A stretch of DNA of 64,000 nucleotides from Patescibacteria group bacterium (lineage in GTDB: Bacteria > Patescibacteriota > Minisyncoccia > UBA6257 > GWB1-50-10), in the NCBI GenBank assembly GCA_040757555.1, contig JBFLWN010000007.1, positions 9,404 through 73,403 of the forward strand, in the 5' to 3' direction. Shown here in pieces: positions 54,574-64,000 of this stretch. The position numbers were made by a program, and so were the translations under genes. The notes under the pieces were generated by a model, which was not told the origin of the DNA, did not search any database, and saw only the letters and a program-made list of their open reading frames with translations. Every line of letters begins with the position of its first letter. The first letter of the stretch is position 1.

Positions 54574-56242
54574 GACATTTTTATTTATTGTATGTGCAAT
54601 ATTTTTTGTTGCGGTTTTTTTATTTTCACTTCATCCGATTCGTGAATCCGATACGGGGTTTATCATACGGACAGGGGAGTACGTATGGAAGACGGGTTTG
54701 ATACCTCACGCGGACATTTTTTCGTTTACCGCTCCTCATGCTCCATGGGTGGCCCATTATTGGTTGCCCGGACTTTTCTTTTTCTTTTTTTATTCTCTTT
54801 TTGGCGCGTGGGGAGTTATTTTGTTTGTGGGAGGTATTGGGTTTTTGACATTTTTTACTATATTCAAAACTGCGCGTTTATTCAGTAATACCCTGTGGAT
54901 TCCGTTTGTTCTTTTCTTTTTCTTCTTTTCTCTTACATTTGATTTATGGTCGGCGCGTCCACAAATTTTTTCTTATTTATTTACTTCTCTCCTCCTCTAT
55001 ATTATTTTTTCGTTTAAAAGAAATCGTGTGTTTAAAAAACTTCTTTTTTTCCCCCCTCTTTTGTTTTTATGGGCGAATATGCATGCGGGGGTTATATTGG
55101 GTATTGCTTTATTGCTCATTTTTTTCGTTTCAGAGGTTATTCGAGAACGGCGTTTTTATAGCAAGGAATTATTGCATAAGGGATTTGTGGTTTTCTCTTC
55201 AATTTTTCTCACGCTCTTAAATCCGAATGGATTTTCTCTTCTTTCGTATTCACAGGACATTGCGTCCACCGCAAAAGAACTTGGAGTAATGGAATGGTTT
55301 TCGATTCTCGATCGTTTTTCAACGTGGCAGGCAAAAGCATTTATTCTTTTGATGTGTGTTTCTGTTGTATTTGTGTTGTGGAATATCGTAAAAAGAAAAA
55401 AGAATTTTTTACGTTTTGATTTTTTTGAAATTGCATTGGTATTATTTATGTTCATTCTCCCGTTTATTTCGATACGTCATGTTATTTTCTTCCCCATTGC
55501 TCTCTTTCCGCTTTTTCTTTGGACACTTGAGTGGCACTATGAAAAAGAGGTAATTCGTGTAGAAGGATTGCTTCGTAATTCCTATTCAATTCCACTTGTT
55601 TCTTTACTTATCCTCTGTACCATTGCGGGAGGAATTCTGTTAAAACGTGATGTTGTATTTGGCGCGGTGGACGAGCGTGTTCTTCCTGTTGGGGCGGTTA
55701 ATTTTATCATTCGTGAACATCTCTCGGGCCCATTCTTTAACCTTGAACACGGCGGATATCTTATTTGGAAACTTTGGCCGGAAGAAAAAGTTTTTCTTGA
55801 TGGACGAAATGAAGTATACAAGGGACTTCCCACAAAAGAGTATATCTCGGTTGCGAGACAGGAAGGGGATTGGAGAAAAATAATTGATGATAAATATAAT
55901 ATAAACGGAATGATTTTATGGTATCGTCCTCCCCTTGATGTCTTTGCAAATAATCTTGTGGTGAGTCTTTTGCGTGAAAATAAGTTTGCACTTGTGTATT
56001 GGGATGATGCGGCAGTTGTGCTTATTCGGAATAATGAAATAAACAAGAATACAATTGCGAAGTGGGGATATTTTGTGGCAAATCCATTTCGGAATGTAGG
56101 GAATATCACAAAAGAGCACATAGGGATTGCTTTGAATGAGATAGAGCGGGGGAGGTTGATTGCGCCACAATCAACGGTGCTCGAAGAATATGAATACGCA
56201 CTCATTTCACACGCGCTTACACTTAAAAAACTGGTACAATAA
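54557..56242 (+). CDS. Polytopic membrane protein with C-terminal soluble domain (possible GT-C-like glycosyltransferase)
   Basis: At least 10 predicted TM helices then a ~200-aa hydrophilic domain; no confident motif. Confidence 0.4.
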   Translation: MWRTSKTFLFIVCAIFFVAVFLFSLHPIRESDTGFIIRTGEYVWKTGLIPHADIFSFTAPHAPWVAHYWLPGLFFFFFYSLFGAWGVILFVGGIGFLTFFTIFKTARLFSNTLWIPFVLFFFFFSLTFDLWSARPQIFSYLFTSLLLYIIFSFKRNRVFKKLLFFPPLLFLWANMHAGVILGIALLLIFFVSEVIRERRFYSKELLHKGFVVFSSIFLTLLNPNGFSLLSYSQDIASTAKELGVMEWFSILDRFSTWQAKAFILLMCVSVVFVLWNIVKRKKNFLRFDFFEIALVLFMFILPFISIRHVIFFPIALFPLFLWTLEWHYEKEVIRVEGLLRNSYSIPLVSLLILCTIAGGILLKRDVVFGAVDERVLPVGAVNFIIREHLSGPFFNLEHGGYLIWKLWPEEKVFLDGRNEVYKGLPTKEYISVARQEGDWRKIIDDKYNINGMILWYRPPLDVFANNLVVSLLRENKFALVYWDDAAVVLIRNNEINKNTIAKWGYFVANPFRNVGNITKEHIGIALNEIERGRLIAPQSTVLEEYEYALISHALTLKKLVQ

Positions 56243-56248
56243 ATAGAT

Positions 56249-57517
56249 ATGGATGAGGCAATTAAACATATCGCAAAAATACTGAGATGCGACCAAGATT
56301 ATCTCTATAAAATTGATACCCATTTTTCGGAAGTGACGGGGAAGAAACATATATTTGATACGATTTTTAACGAAAATAAGATTGTTGTTGAAGATAGGAT
56401 GCGTCGACTTGGACTTTCAATGCATGCAAGCGCAAAAGAAGTGTATGATGCATTGATATCAAAAGTTGAGGCCGATGATCATACGCTCCATGAAGCACTT
56501 GGAAAACCATCGTGGACATCACAAAGGGGGTGTGAACGCGTGGCGGGGGTTGCTCAAGAAGTGATAAAAAACTCTGGTGCACCAACACGTGGTTTTTTTC
56601 TCAAAAAGAAAAAAGCGGAGGAGCTATTGAGACGAGAACCACCAAGAAAAATACTTGCATATTTAGGATATACTTCCGTTGAGAAAATGCTTGAAAAAGA
56701 GGATTTATGTGAGATATTTTGTGCGCTTCGATTTGTGGAGGGGAGTGAGTGGTTAAATAAAAAGTTTTTTAAACTTTACGAAGAATTGACCCCAAAGGAT
56801 TTTGAAGAACGGGAAATTGAAGTGAAAGCACTTTCGTCAAAGTGGAATAACGTAGCGCAGGTATTTGTGATGAAAAAATGGCACAACATCAGCCACTTAA
56901 AAGAATTGGGGGTAGTATTTATTATTCCCATCTCACTTGGAATTTCTGGAGAGTTGTTACGTATGATGAGTTTAGTGCTCCATTATTTACATGAGGTGCC
57001 ATTTTATTCCGACATGTTTCGAATAATAGGCACAGACAAAAAAACCTTTTCGAAGAATCTTATTTCACTTCTCCGCGGTGATGTAGTTGAAAAACGTCCT
57101 ATTGAAGGAGAAAAAACATTGTGGCTTGTGGTACAGCGGTATTTGGCAAAAGATGATGAAAACGAATGGCGTTTATTCGTGCCTCGCATAAATCCAGAGG
57201 CACTCCATTGGGCGCGCGCGTCCTCGGATCTTGCCCAAATCAGCGATGTGGTGCCAATTGAAGGTGGTGGACTCTCTTTTTGGGAAGATCTCGATTGGGT
57301 AGGTGACTATTTTAAGGATGATGTGGGAAATGATGTATTGGTGAGTTTTAATGTCGTCGATACCGTGATGTCACTTGTTCAGAAAAAAGAGCTTATCAAA
57401 TATCTCTATCATCATCAGGAAGCGTTATGGAACAAGGTGTTTGAAAAATATTTCGGCGATAGATTACTCGAAAAAGCGATGAAGAAGCATTTACTTCGTG
57501 GATATTTTGAAATCTAA
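56249..57517 (+). CDS. Hypothetical protein
   Basis: 422 aa, no recognised motif. Confidence 0.4.
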   Translation: MDEAIKHIAKILRCDQDYLYKIDTHFSEVTGKKHIFDTIFNENKIVVEDRMRRLGLSMHASAKEVYDALISKVEADDHTLHEALGKPSWTSQRGCERVAGVAQEVIKNSGAPTRGFFLKKKKAEELLRREPPRKILAYLGYTSVEKMLEKEDLCEIFCALRFVEGSEWLNKKFFKLYEELTPKDFEEREIEVKALSSKWNNVAQVFVMKKWHNISHLKELGVVFIIPISLGISGELLRMMSLVLHYLHEVPFYSDMFRIIGTDKKTFSKNLISLLRGDVVEKRPIEGEKTLWLVVQRYLAKDDENEWRLFVPRINPEALHWARASSDLAQISDVVPIEGGGLSFWEDLDWVGDYFKDDVGNDVLVSFNVVDTVMSLVQKKELIKYLYHHQEALWNKVFEKYFGDRLLEKAMKKHLLRGYFEI

Positions 57518-57558
57518 TATAGATATTAAAATTATGCGTTTGATATTATACTAAACAT

Positions 57559-58437
57559 ATGAAATCGTTAAAGGAATTAATTTTAGGAGTAGAAGGGAAG
57601 AAAATCGCAATTGGACATTTTAATATCGGGAACCTTGAGCAGTTAAAGGCGATCGCGCATGTTGGGGGGAGATTGAATGTGCCGGTGATTATTGGTGTCT
57701 CGGAGGGGGAACGCGCATATCTCGGTGTGAAGCATGTTGTTGATTTTGTGAAGAGTTATAACGAACAACACGCGGAGGAAGGGGGGTTTAGATTATTTTT
57801 GAATGCTGATCACACCCACTCAGTGGAAAAAATAAAAGAAGCGGTTGAGGCGGGGTTTGATGCTGTGCTTTTCGATGGGGGAAAATACTCTCTCGAAGAA
57901 AATATAAAGATAACAAAAGAAGCGGTGAAAGTTGCAAAATCAATAAATCCGAATGTGATTATCGAAGGCGAACTCGGATATATTGGTTCCTCATCGGAGA
58001 TTCTTTCAGGAGTTCCCACTGGTGCCGCCATTCGTCCCGAGGATCTCACAAAACCAGAAGATGCTTTGAGATTCGTAAAAGAAACGGGGGTGGATTTATT
58101 GGCGCCGGCGGTGGGAAATATACATGGAATGTTTAAGGATTTACCAAATCCGCGTATTGATATTGAACGTATAAAAAAAATTCGTGAGATTGCTGGGGTA
58201 CCACTCGTACTTCATGGGGGATCGGGAATAGTGGATGAAGATTTTATCGCGGCGATCAATGCAGGAATTTCAATCATTCATATTTCAACCGAACTTCGAT
58301 ATATTTGGAGAAAGGAACTTGAAGAGGCACTTCGCGAAAATCCATTGGAGATCGCGCCATATAAAGTGATGCCCGAAGTGATTAAAGCAATTGAGGAAGT
58401 GGTAGAAAAAAGAGTGAGACTTTTTTCGAAACTTTAA
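57559..58437 (+). CDS. fba: Class II fructose/ketose-bisphosphate aldolase
   Basis: LNADHTHS, EGELGYIG and VLHGGSG motifs. Confidence 0.85.
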   Translation: MKSLKELILGVEGKKIAIGHFNIGNLEQLKAIAHVGGRLNVPVIIGVSEGERAYLGVKHVVDFVKSYNEQHAEEGGFRLFLNADHTHSVEKIKEAVEAGFDAVLFDGGKYSLEENIKITKEAVKVAKSINPNVIIEGELGYIGSSSEILSGVPTGAAIRPEDLTKPEDALRFVKETGVDLLAPAVGNIHGMFKDLPNPRIDIERIKKIREIAGVPLVLHGGSGIVDEDFIAAINAGISIIHISTELRYIWRKELEEALRENPLEIAPYKVMPEVIKAIEEVVEKRVRLFSKL

Positions 58438-58511
58438 GAAATATTGATGAAATAATTTAAATCCCTGTAAATATGGGGATTTTCTTTAAACTTGTAGAGT
58501 AATCATTTTTC

Positions 58512-59267
58512 GTGTTTAATGAGTTGGTTATGGATACTACTGAAATAAAAAAGATCATATTGGAAATTAGAGCAGGGGCGGGGGGTGATGAAGCATCACT
58601 TTTTGCGGGGGATTTGGCGCGTATGTATCAACGATATGCGGGAAAACGCGGATGGGGTTTTTCGGTTCTTGATGCAAGCGAGAGTGGAGCAAAAGGATAT
58701 AAAACACTTGTTGCCGAAGTAAAGGGACAGGGAGTATATGAAGCGTTATACCATGAATCAGGGGTGCATCGTGTACAGCGTGTGCCTACCACCGAACGAC
58801 AAGGAAGAATTCATACCTCAACCGCATCAGTTGCGGTACTTCCCATTGTTGAAGCAAAAGAAGTCGATGTACGTGATAGTGATCTTGAGGTAACATTTTC
58901 ACGAGCGGGAGGTCCTGGAGGGCAAAACGTAAATAAGGTAGAGAGTGCGGTGCGTATCACCCATAAACCAACAGGACTTGTAGTGAATTGTCGCGAAGAG
59001 AGGACGCAGCATGCAAATCGGGAAAAAGCGATGGAAGTGCTTCGTGCAAAACTTTTTGAAATACAGAAAGAACAGTCGGTGGGATCAGTGGATCAAATTC
59101 GTCGCGATCAAGTTGGTTCCGCAGACCGTTCGGAAAAAATACGTACCTACAATTTTCCCGAAGACAGAATTACCGATCATCGGATCGGAAAGAAGTTTTC
59201 GAACATTGAGGGGATATTGGAAGGAAATATGGATAAAATTGTAAAAGCATTTCAAGAAAGTAAGTAA
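58512..59267 (+). CDS. prfA: Peptide chain release factor 1-like, lacking N-terminal domain 1
   Basis: [20 protein letters not shown] tripeptide (PxT class) and [16 protein letters not shown]. The ORF cannot extend upstream (in-frame TAA at 58500). Confidence 0.7.
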   Translation: MFNELVMDTTEIKKIILEIRAGAGGDEASLFAGDLARMYQRYAGKRGWGFSVLDASESGAKGYKTLVAEVKGQGVYEALYHESGVHRVQRVPTTERQGRIHTSTASVAVLPIVEAKEVDVRDSDLEVTFSRAGGPGGQNVNKVESAVRITHKPTGLVVNCREERTQHANREKAMEVLRAKLFEIQKEQSVGSVDQIRRDQVGSADRSEKIRTYNFPEDRITDHRIGKKFSNIEGILEGNMDKIVKAFQESK

Positions 59268-59292
59268 AAATAATTCCCACGTTTTGTGGGAA

Positions 59293-60786
59293 TTATTTTT
59301 TATTAAGTACTGCGATATCATCCTCGAATTCATCAGCTTTTTGTACCACCGGTTCTCCATACCACATGCGATAGGTGTACCATCTTCCTCCCGCATAATA
59401 TTTTGCTGCGGCACATCGTTCGATGAGTTTGTTTTTTTGCGATGGGATTTGATTTCCATATTCAATACATGATTTTGAATCAAGGAGATCTTTTATATAT
59501 ACTCCTGTTGCGGCAAATGCGTCCGAATTATTCCATGGAGATGGAGGATTACTTCCGGTTACCTTTGAAATTTTATCCTCATATAGTTTCCATGTTGAAG
59601 GAATAAATTGTGCTGGTCCCATTGCTCCACCGTATGCGCCGTGTTGATTTGCACAAGATACTTTTGCAAAATCAGATTTTGGATCAATATTCAAACGTTT
59701 TAACAAATCAAGGAAATAGGGGATATCGCGTGTCGGATGCATTGCCTTCTCGTATGTGCATTTTCCAACATTTTTCCCAAGTAATGATTCTCTGTGAAGA
59801 ATGGAAAGAATGAGGGCGGCACGAACTCCTGTTGCACCCTCGGCGAGTTTTGCATAATCATATGCTTTTTCGAATGTGAGCTGCCCCCCTCCCAATAATT
59901 CGAAGATTCTACTTCTGATTTGGGCAGCACTTTCTTTTGTTTTTACCAATATTTTTTGATATTCCGTTTCTTTTCCTTTGGTATCCTTGAGTATTTTATT
60001 TTTTTCCGTTTGTGTTATTTCAACGTTTTTCTTTTGTGCTTGTTGAATTGCCTTTAGATTTTCAACATCCTCTTTTTGGAGCGTGAGTTCCTCTTTTTGA
60101 TTTAATAATTCTTGTCTCAATTTTGTGACCTCCTCAAGTGTGAGGCGTAGATTATTTTGTACGAGTGTTATATTGTTCAGCGTTCCAAAGAAATCAGACA
60201 AGGTGTTGTTTGCAAGGAGGATGGTCATCATATTTTGATTATCATTTTGATAAATTACCCGCAACGATTCAGCAAGTGCTTCCTTGTTCGTGTCTATTTT
60301 ATTTTCGGTGGTGCCGATTTGTTTTTGTGTCTCAATAATATCCTGGTTTATCTTTGAAAGACTTACATTTACTGCCCGTATCTGAAGATTCAATTTATCA
60401 ACTTTTGCGTTCAGGGTAGATATCTCGTTTTTTAACGTGCTTCCTTTTTTCTTATATTCATCAATTGTTTTTTGTGTATCTTCGATTTGTTTTTCATATT
60501 CCGCAAGCTGTTTTTCAAGCTCTGTGCGTTGTGTCTGTAAATTATCGAATTTTATTTCACTTTCGGTTTTTGTTGGGTTTGGTGTTTCCGTTTTTTGTTG
60601 TTCTTGTGCGGAAACAAGAGGAAGTCGCTGTGGCGCTTGTACAGAACCAAAAAAAAGAAGCGCTACCACTCCCATAGGGAGAAGTATCTTTAAAATCCTA
60701 ACGAGAGGAATGTGTATACCCTTTTTGTATCCAACGTGTATCCGTTGTTCTCCGTTTGTTACAATATCAAAAACTCTCTTTTGCAT
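59293..60786 (-). CDS. Membrane-anchored coiled-coil protein with C-terminal lytic-transglycosylase (SLT/GH23-like) domain
   Basis: N-terminal TM, ~250-aa coiled coil, C-terminal HRES...GAYGGAMGPAQF resembling the SLT catalytic motif. Confidence 0.5.
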   Translation of the reverse strand: MQKRVFDIVTNGEQRIHVGYKKGIHIPLVRILKILLPMGVVALLFFGSVQAPQRLPLVSAQEQQKTETPNPTKTESEIKFDNLQTQRTELEKQLAEYEKQIEDTQKTIDEYKKKGSTLKNEISTLNAKVDKLNLQIRAVNVSLSKINQDIIETQKQIGTTENKIDTNKEALAESLRVIYQNDNQNMMTILLANNTLSDFFGTLNNITLVQNNLRLTLEEVTKLRQELLNQKEELTLQKEDVENLKAIQQAQKKNVEITQTEKNKILKDTKGKETEYQKILVKTKESAAQIRSRIFELLGGGQLTFEKAYDYAKLAEGATGVRAALILSILHRESLLGKNVGKCTYEKAMHPTRDIPYFLDLLKRLNIDPKSDFAKVSCANQHGAYGGAMGPAQFIPSTWKLYEDKISKVTGSNPPSPWNNSDAFAATGVYIKDLLDSKSCIEYGNQIPSQKNKLIERCAAAKYYAGGRWYTYRMWYGEPVVQKADEFEDDIAVLNKK

Positions 60787-60870
60787 AAGAATATATCATC
60801 AGTATAACTGATTTTTATTTTATTAAAAATCCCCTCCGATGTATGTCGGAGGGGATTTTTTCTGTCTCGT

Positions 60871-61497
60871 TTATTCTTTTTCTTCTTCTGTTTTTTCTTG
60901 TGTCTCTGGCACTTCTTCGGTAGTAGTTTCTGGCGTCGGGGCTACTTCTTCTTTTGCTTTTTCCGTTATCGTCGCGATAATTGTTTCTTTATGAGTGAGA
61001 ATTTTTACCTCCTTTCCTACTTTTAGATCTTCCACGCTTATTCCTTCTCCGGGATTCATGAGGAGAGATACATCAATGGTAAATGAGTGGGGGATTTTAT
61101 CGGGGAGTGCCTCTACTTCAATTTCATCGAGCACTTTTACAAGGAGATTTCCTGTTTTTATGACCGCATCTTCCCCAATATATTCAATAGGCACCCTCGT
61201 CTTTATCTTCTCATCTTTTCTTACGTGATAAAAATCAATGGAAAGAATAATATTTTTTATCAAATCACGTTCGACACGCGAAATAAGTACTGGTGTTTTT
61301 TCTCCCGATTCGCTTACAAGTGTAATGACGGTATTTTCTCCTGCCTGCTTATATATTTTTTCAAATTCTTTTATCGCCACACTTACGTGCTCATTCTTGA
61401 ACCCGTGTCCAAAAATTTCTCCAGGGACAAATCCTGTAGCTCTTAATTGTTTTACCTTTTTTCCTAAGACTGTTCTGTTTTGAGTGTTAAGTTCCAT
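60871..61497 (-). CDS. rplY: 50S ribosomal protein L25 / general stress protein Ctc
   Basis: MELNTQNRTVLGKKVKQLRATGFVPGEIFGHG and an acidic C-terminal tail. Confidence 0.85.
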   Translation of the reverse strand: MELNTQNRTVLGKKVKQLRATGFVPGEIFGHGFKNEHVSVAIKEFEKIYKQAGENTVITLVSESGEKTPVLISRVERDLIKNIILSIDFYHVRKDEKIKTRVPIEYIGEDAVIKTGNLLVKVLDEIEVEALPDKIPHSFTIDVSLLMNPGEGISVEDLKVGKEVKILTHKETIIATITEKAKEEVAPTPETTTEEVPETQEKTEEEKE

Positions 61498-61506
61498 ATA
61501 CAGATA

Positions 61507-61785
61507 TTACTTTGATTTTTTTACCGGTGTTTTGTGGTTCTTTTCTGTCGCCTTCTTTACCACTTTCTTTTCTTTTTTCGGTTGTATTTTTGATTGACGT
61601 ACTTTGAATCGTTCAACACGTCCCGCAGTGTCGATAAGTTGTTGTGATCCGGTATAAAATGGGTGACAGTGACTGCAAATGTCTACCTTGATATCTTCTT
61701 TTGTGTCTCCAAAGGAAAATGTGTGCCCGCATCCGCAGGTGATCTTTGCTTTTGGAAAGTATTTTGGATGAATGTCCTTTTTCAT
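61507..61785 (-). CDS. rpmE: 50S ribosomal protein L31
   Basis: [13 protein letters not shown]...[10 protein letters not shown] zinc-binding motifs. Confidence 0.9.
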   Translation of the reverse strand: MKKDIHPKYFPKAKITCGCGHTFSFGDTKEDIKVDICSHCHPFYTGSQQLIDTAGRVERFKVRQSKIQPKKEKKVVKKATEKNHKTPVKKSK

Positions 61786-61886
61786 ATTATATATTTACGT
61801 GGAGCTCATTATTACACGTCTTTTTCGAAATAGCAACCCCATATCTTTTCTTAATTGAACAGGAAATATTGAGGATGGATATGGGG

Positions 61887-61916
61887 TTGACAATCATCCA
61901 CGGCTTTCTCTATACT
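61887..61916 (+). promoter_or_regulatory. Candidate rRNA promoter TTGACA-18-TATACT
   Basis: Consensus -35 and near-consensus -10, ~140 nt upstream of the 16S 5' end. Confidence 0.35.
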
Positions 61917-62265
61917 GTTACTTGCCATAAAAAAATGGCTTCGGATTCGGAATATCGAATGTAGATTGAAAAACGAATAGCATATATATTCCAATATATT
62001 GCAAGCATATAGCATACTAAATAATAAACATTTTTAGTTGCCCTAATTTTCATTTCTTTAGAGGATTTGATCCTGGTCCAGGATGAACGCTGGCGGCGTG
62101 GATAAGGCATGCAAGTCGAACGGACTTTATGTGGAGCACAAGGAAATTATTTTTTTGATTTTCTTGTGCTCTATGTAAAGTTAGTGGCGAACGAGTTAGT
62201 AACACCTTGGTATGTACCCCAGAGTCAGGCATAATTCGCCGAAAGGCGAACTAATTCCTGATGGT

Positions 62266-62582
62266 CCCAGCTTCACTTTTGGTTTTAATTCTTTAAAATT
62301 ATTATTATGCATATAGTTTATGTACTTCGGCATAGTATAAGGGGTACATTATATATCGGTCAGACTTCGAATTTAGAAAAGCGTTTGAAGTCACATAATA
62401 ATAATTTAAATAAATCAACTCGACGGAATGTCGGTCATTGGATTTTTGTCTATGCGGAAGCATATTATTCAAAATCAGACGCGATACAGAGGGAGTTGAA
62501 ACTAAAACAACACGGCAGTAGTAAACGTGAATTACTGAAACGAATTCACAAAAGCATAATTGAAATCAAAAGTGAGGCTGGG
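62266..62582 (+). mobile_element. Intervening sequence in the 16S V2 region, closed by the cccagc/gctggg stem and carrying a GIY-YIG ORF
   Basis: Conserved 16S sequence stops after CTAATTCCTGATGG and resumes at TAAAGACGCAAGTCGC; complementary hexamers flank the insert. Confidence 0.55.
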
Positions 62583-62585
62583 TAA
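62307..62585 (+). CDS. GIY-YIG family nuclease (putative homing endonuclease) encoded inside the 16S intervening sequence
   Basis: IVYVLRHSIRGTLYIGQTSNLEKRLKSHN is a GIY...YIG motif with the downstream R/E/N residues; 92 aa. Confidence 0.7.
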   Translation: MHIVYVLRHSIRGTLYIGQTSNLEKRLKSHNNNLNKSTRRNVGHWIFVYAEAYYSKSDAIQRELKLKQHGSSKRELLKRIHKSIIEIKSEAG

Positions 62586-64000
62586 AGACGCAAGTCGCTT
62601 TGGGATCGGCCTAGGCCCGATCAGCTAGTTGGTGAGGTAATAGCTCACCAAGGCTACGACCGGTAGGGGAGGTGAGAGCCTGTTCCCCAACGAGGAAACT
62701 GAGATACGGTTCCTACTCCTACGGGAGGCAGCAGTCGAGAATATTCCACAATGGGCGAAAGCCTGATGGAGCGACGCCGCGTGGAGGATGAAGCATTTCG
62801 GTGTGTAAACTCCTTTTCCGCCGGAGAAAGTCGCAAGACTGATAGTACGGCGGGAATAAGTGGCTGCAAACTTCGTGCCAGCAGCCGCGGTAATACGAAG
62901 GCCACAAGCGTTATCCGGATTTATTGGGCGTAAAGGGCGCGTAGGGGGTCCGATGCGTCTTCTGTAAAAGCTCACCGCTCAACGGTGAATATGCAGAAGA
63001 TACGATCGGACTAGAAGGTGTTAGAGGCAGATGGAACGCACGGTGTAGGGGTGAAATCCGTTGATATCGTGCGGAACACCAAAGGCGAAGGCATTCTGCT
63101 GGGACATTCTTGACCCTGAGGCGCGAAAGCGTGGGGAGCAAAAAGGATTAGATACCCTTGTAGTCCACGCCCTAAACGATGCTGACTAGCCGTCTCGAGT
63201 ATCGACCCTCGGGGTGGCGTAGCTAACGCGTTAAGTCAGCCGCCTGGGAAGTACGAGCGCAAGCTTAAAACTCAAAGGAATAGACGGGGACTCGCACAAG
63301 TGGTGGAGCATGTGGTTTAATTCGACGGTAAACGAGACACCTCACCAGGGCTTGAAATGCGTATGAAAGCCAGCCGAAAGGCGGGCCCTCTTCTCACGAA
63401 GACATGCGCACAGGTGCTGCATGGTTGCCGTCAGCTCGTGCCGTGAGGCGTTCCCTTAAGTGGGGTAACGAGCGCAACCCCTACTCTTTGTTATAAGTGT
63501 CAGAGAGGACTGCCGTCGCATAGACGGAGGAAGGTGGGGATGACGTCAAATCAGCATGGCCCTTTGATGCCCTGGGCTACACACATGCTACAATGGCCAA
63601 TACAGCGGGTTGCCAAGCCGCAAGGCGGAGCTAATCCCATAAAATTGGCCCCAGTTCAGATTGAGGGCTGCAACTCGCCCTCATGAAGTCGGAATCACTA
63701 GTAATCGCGGATCAGCACGCCGCGGTGAATACGTTCTCGAGTCCTGTACTCACCGCCCGTCAAGTCAGCGGAGCTGGGAGTAGGTGAAGCCCCGTGAAAT
63801 GTGCCGTTGGCACATCAGCCAAAGGCCTATCTCACGGGGTCAGCCTAAGCTCGGTGATGAGGACTAAGTCGTAACAAGGCACGGGTAGCGGAAGCTGCTC
63901 GTGGATCAATTAAATTAAGTCGATTGCAAGTCGTAAAAAGTGAGGCGCCGAATCGTATTGTTGGCGAATCTCTGTTTGCGATTTGCACTGTGCGCATACG

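Larger units (their letters stand above)
62056..64000 (+). rRNA. rrs: 16S rRNA gene interrupted by a ~305-nt intervening sequence; 3' end at or beyond the window edge
   Basis: Universal blocks present (e.g. GGATGAACGCTGGCGGCGTG, CCTACGGGAGGCAGCAG, CCAGCAGCCGCGGTAATAC, GGATTAGATACCC, CCGCCCGTCA, GTCGTAACAAGG). Confidence 0.9.

Noticed and set aside
62625-63141. Minus-strand ORFs (62625..62975, 62654..62905, 62719..62907, 62911..63141) and plus ORF 62751..62933
   Set aside because: They lie inside conserved 16S rRNA sequence and are antisense or out-of-context artefacts, not coding.
1-64000. Alternative genetic code (UGA as sense, as in some CPR lineages)
   Set aside because: TGA, TAG and TAA all terminate genes at conserved C-termini (TGA ends ORF 52006..52914, TAG ends rpsU and the ComEC part), and no conserved protein requires read-through, apart from the single in-frame TAG in ComEC.

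Overview
AT-rich, compact, mostly plus-strand bacterial window. The gene content (type IV pilus and ComEC genes, few biosynthetic genes, rare Shine-Dalgarno sites) and a divergent 16S rRNA interrupted by a protein-coding intervening sequence look like a Candidate Phyla Radiation (Patescibacteria/Parcubacteria-like) genome.

Housekeeping genes I can support from the sequence:
- Ribosomal proteins: rplU, rpsU, rpmG, rplY, rpmE.
- Translation and tRNA: pth, hisS-like, efp, mnmA, a domain-1-less RF1.
- Secretion and envelope: lepB, secD, secF, secA, ddl, mltG-like.
- Cell division: ftsA, ftsZ.
- Other: HIT, yqeY, ybeY, cutA, ComEC (in two pieces), rmuC, pfkB kinase, class II aldolase.
- RNA genes: tRNA-Thr x2 and tRNA-Trp around rpmG, and a 16S rRNA gene at the 3' end.
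- Type IV pilus genes: pilin, PilX-like and PilM/N-like genes, plus a PilC remnant.

The unusual part is 18.5-40.6 kb. It holds a tandem array of ten divergent paralogs (~550-600 aa) of a cysteine-rich protein. Each has duplicated zinc-ribbon modules at both termini, a central block of Cys-rich repeats ending in a conserved LFGC-GL/YCILNKQYTKEEYE motif, and a nearly invariant C-terminal tail (C-E-x-C-Y-x-x-E-V-V/I/A/Y). I do not recognise the family. The array is interleaved with a small SAM-methyltransferase-like gene, efp and mnmA. Two paralogous soluble VirD4/TraG-like P-loop ATPases are associated with it: one immediately upstream, preceded by two membrane proteins, and one embedded in the array. 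One paralog has a 3' segment with clearly different codon usage, a mosaic or gene-conversion signature. I propose this as a candidate novel diversifying, possibly secreted, protein system.
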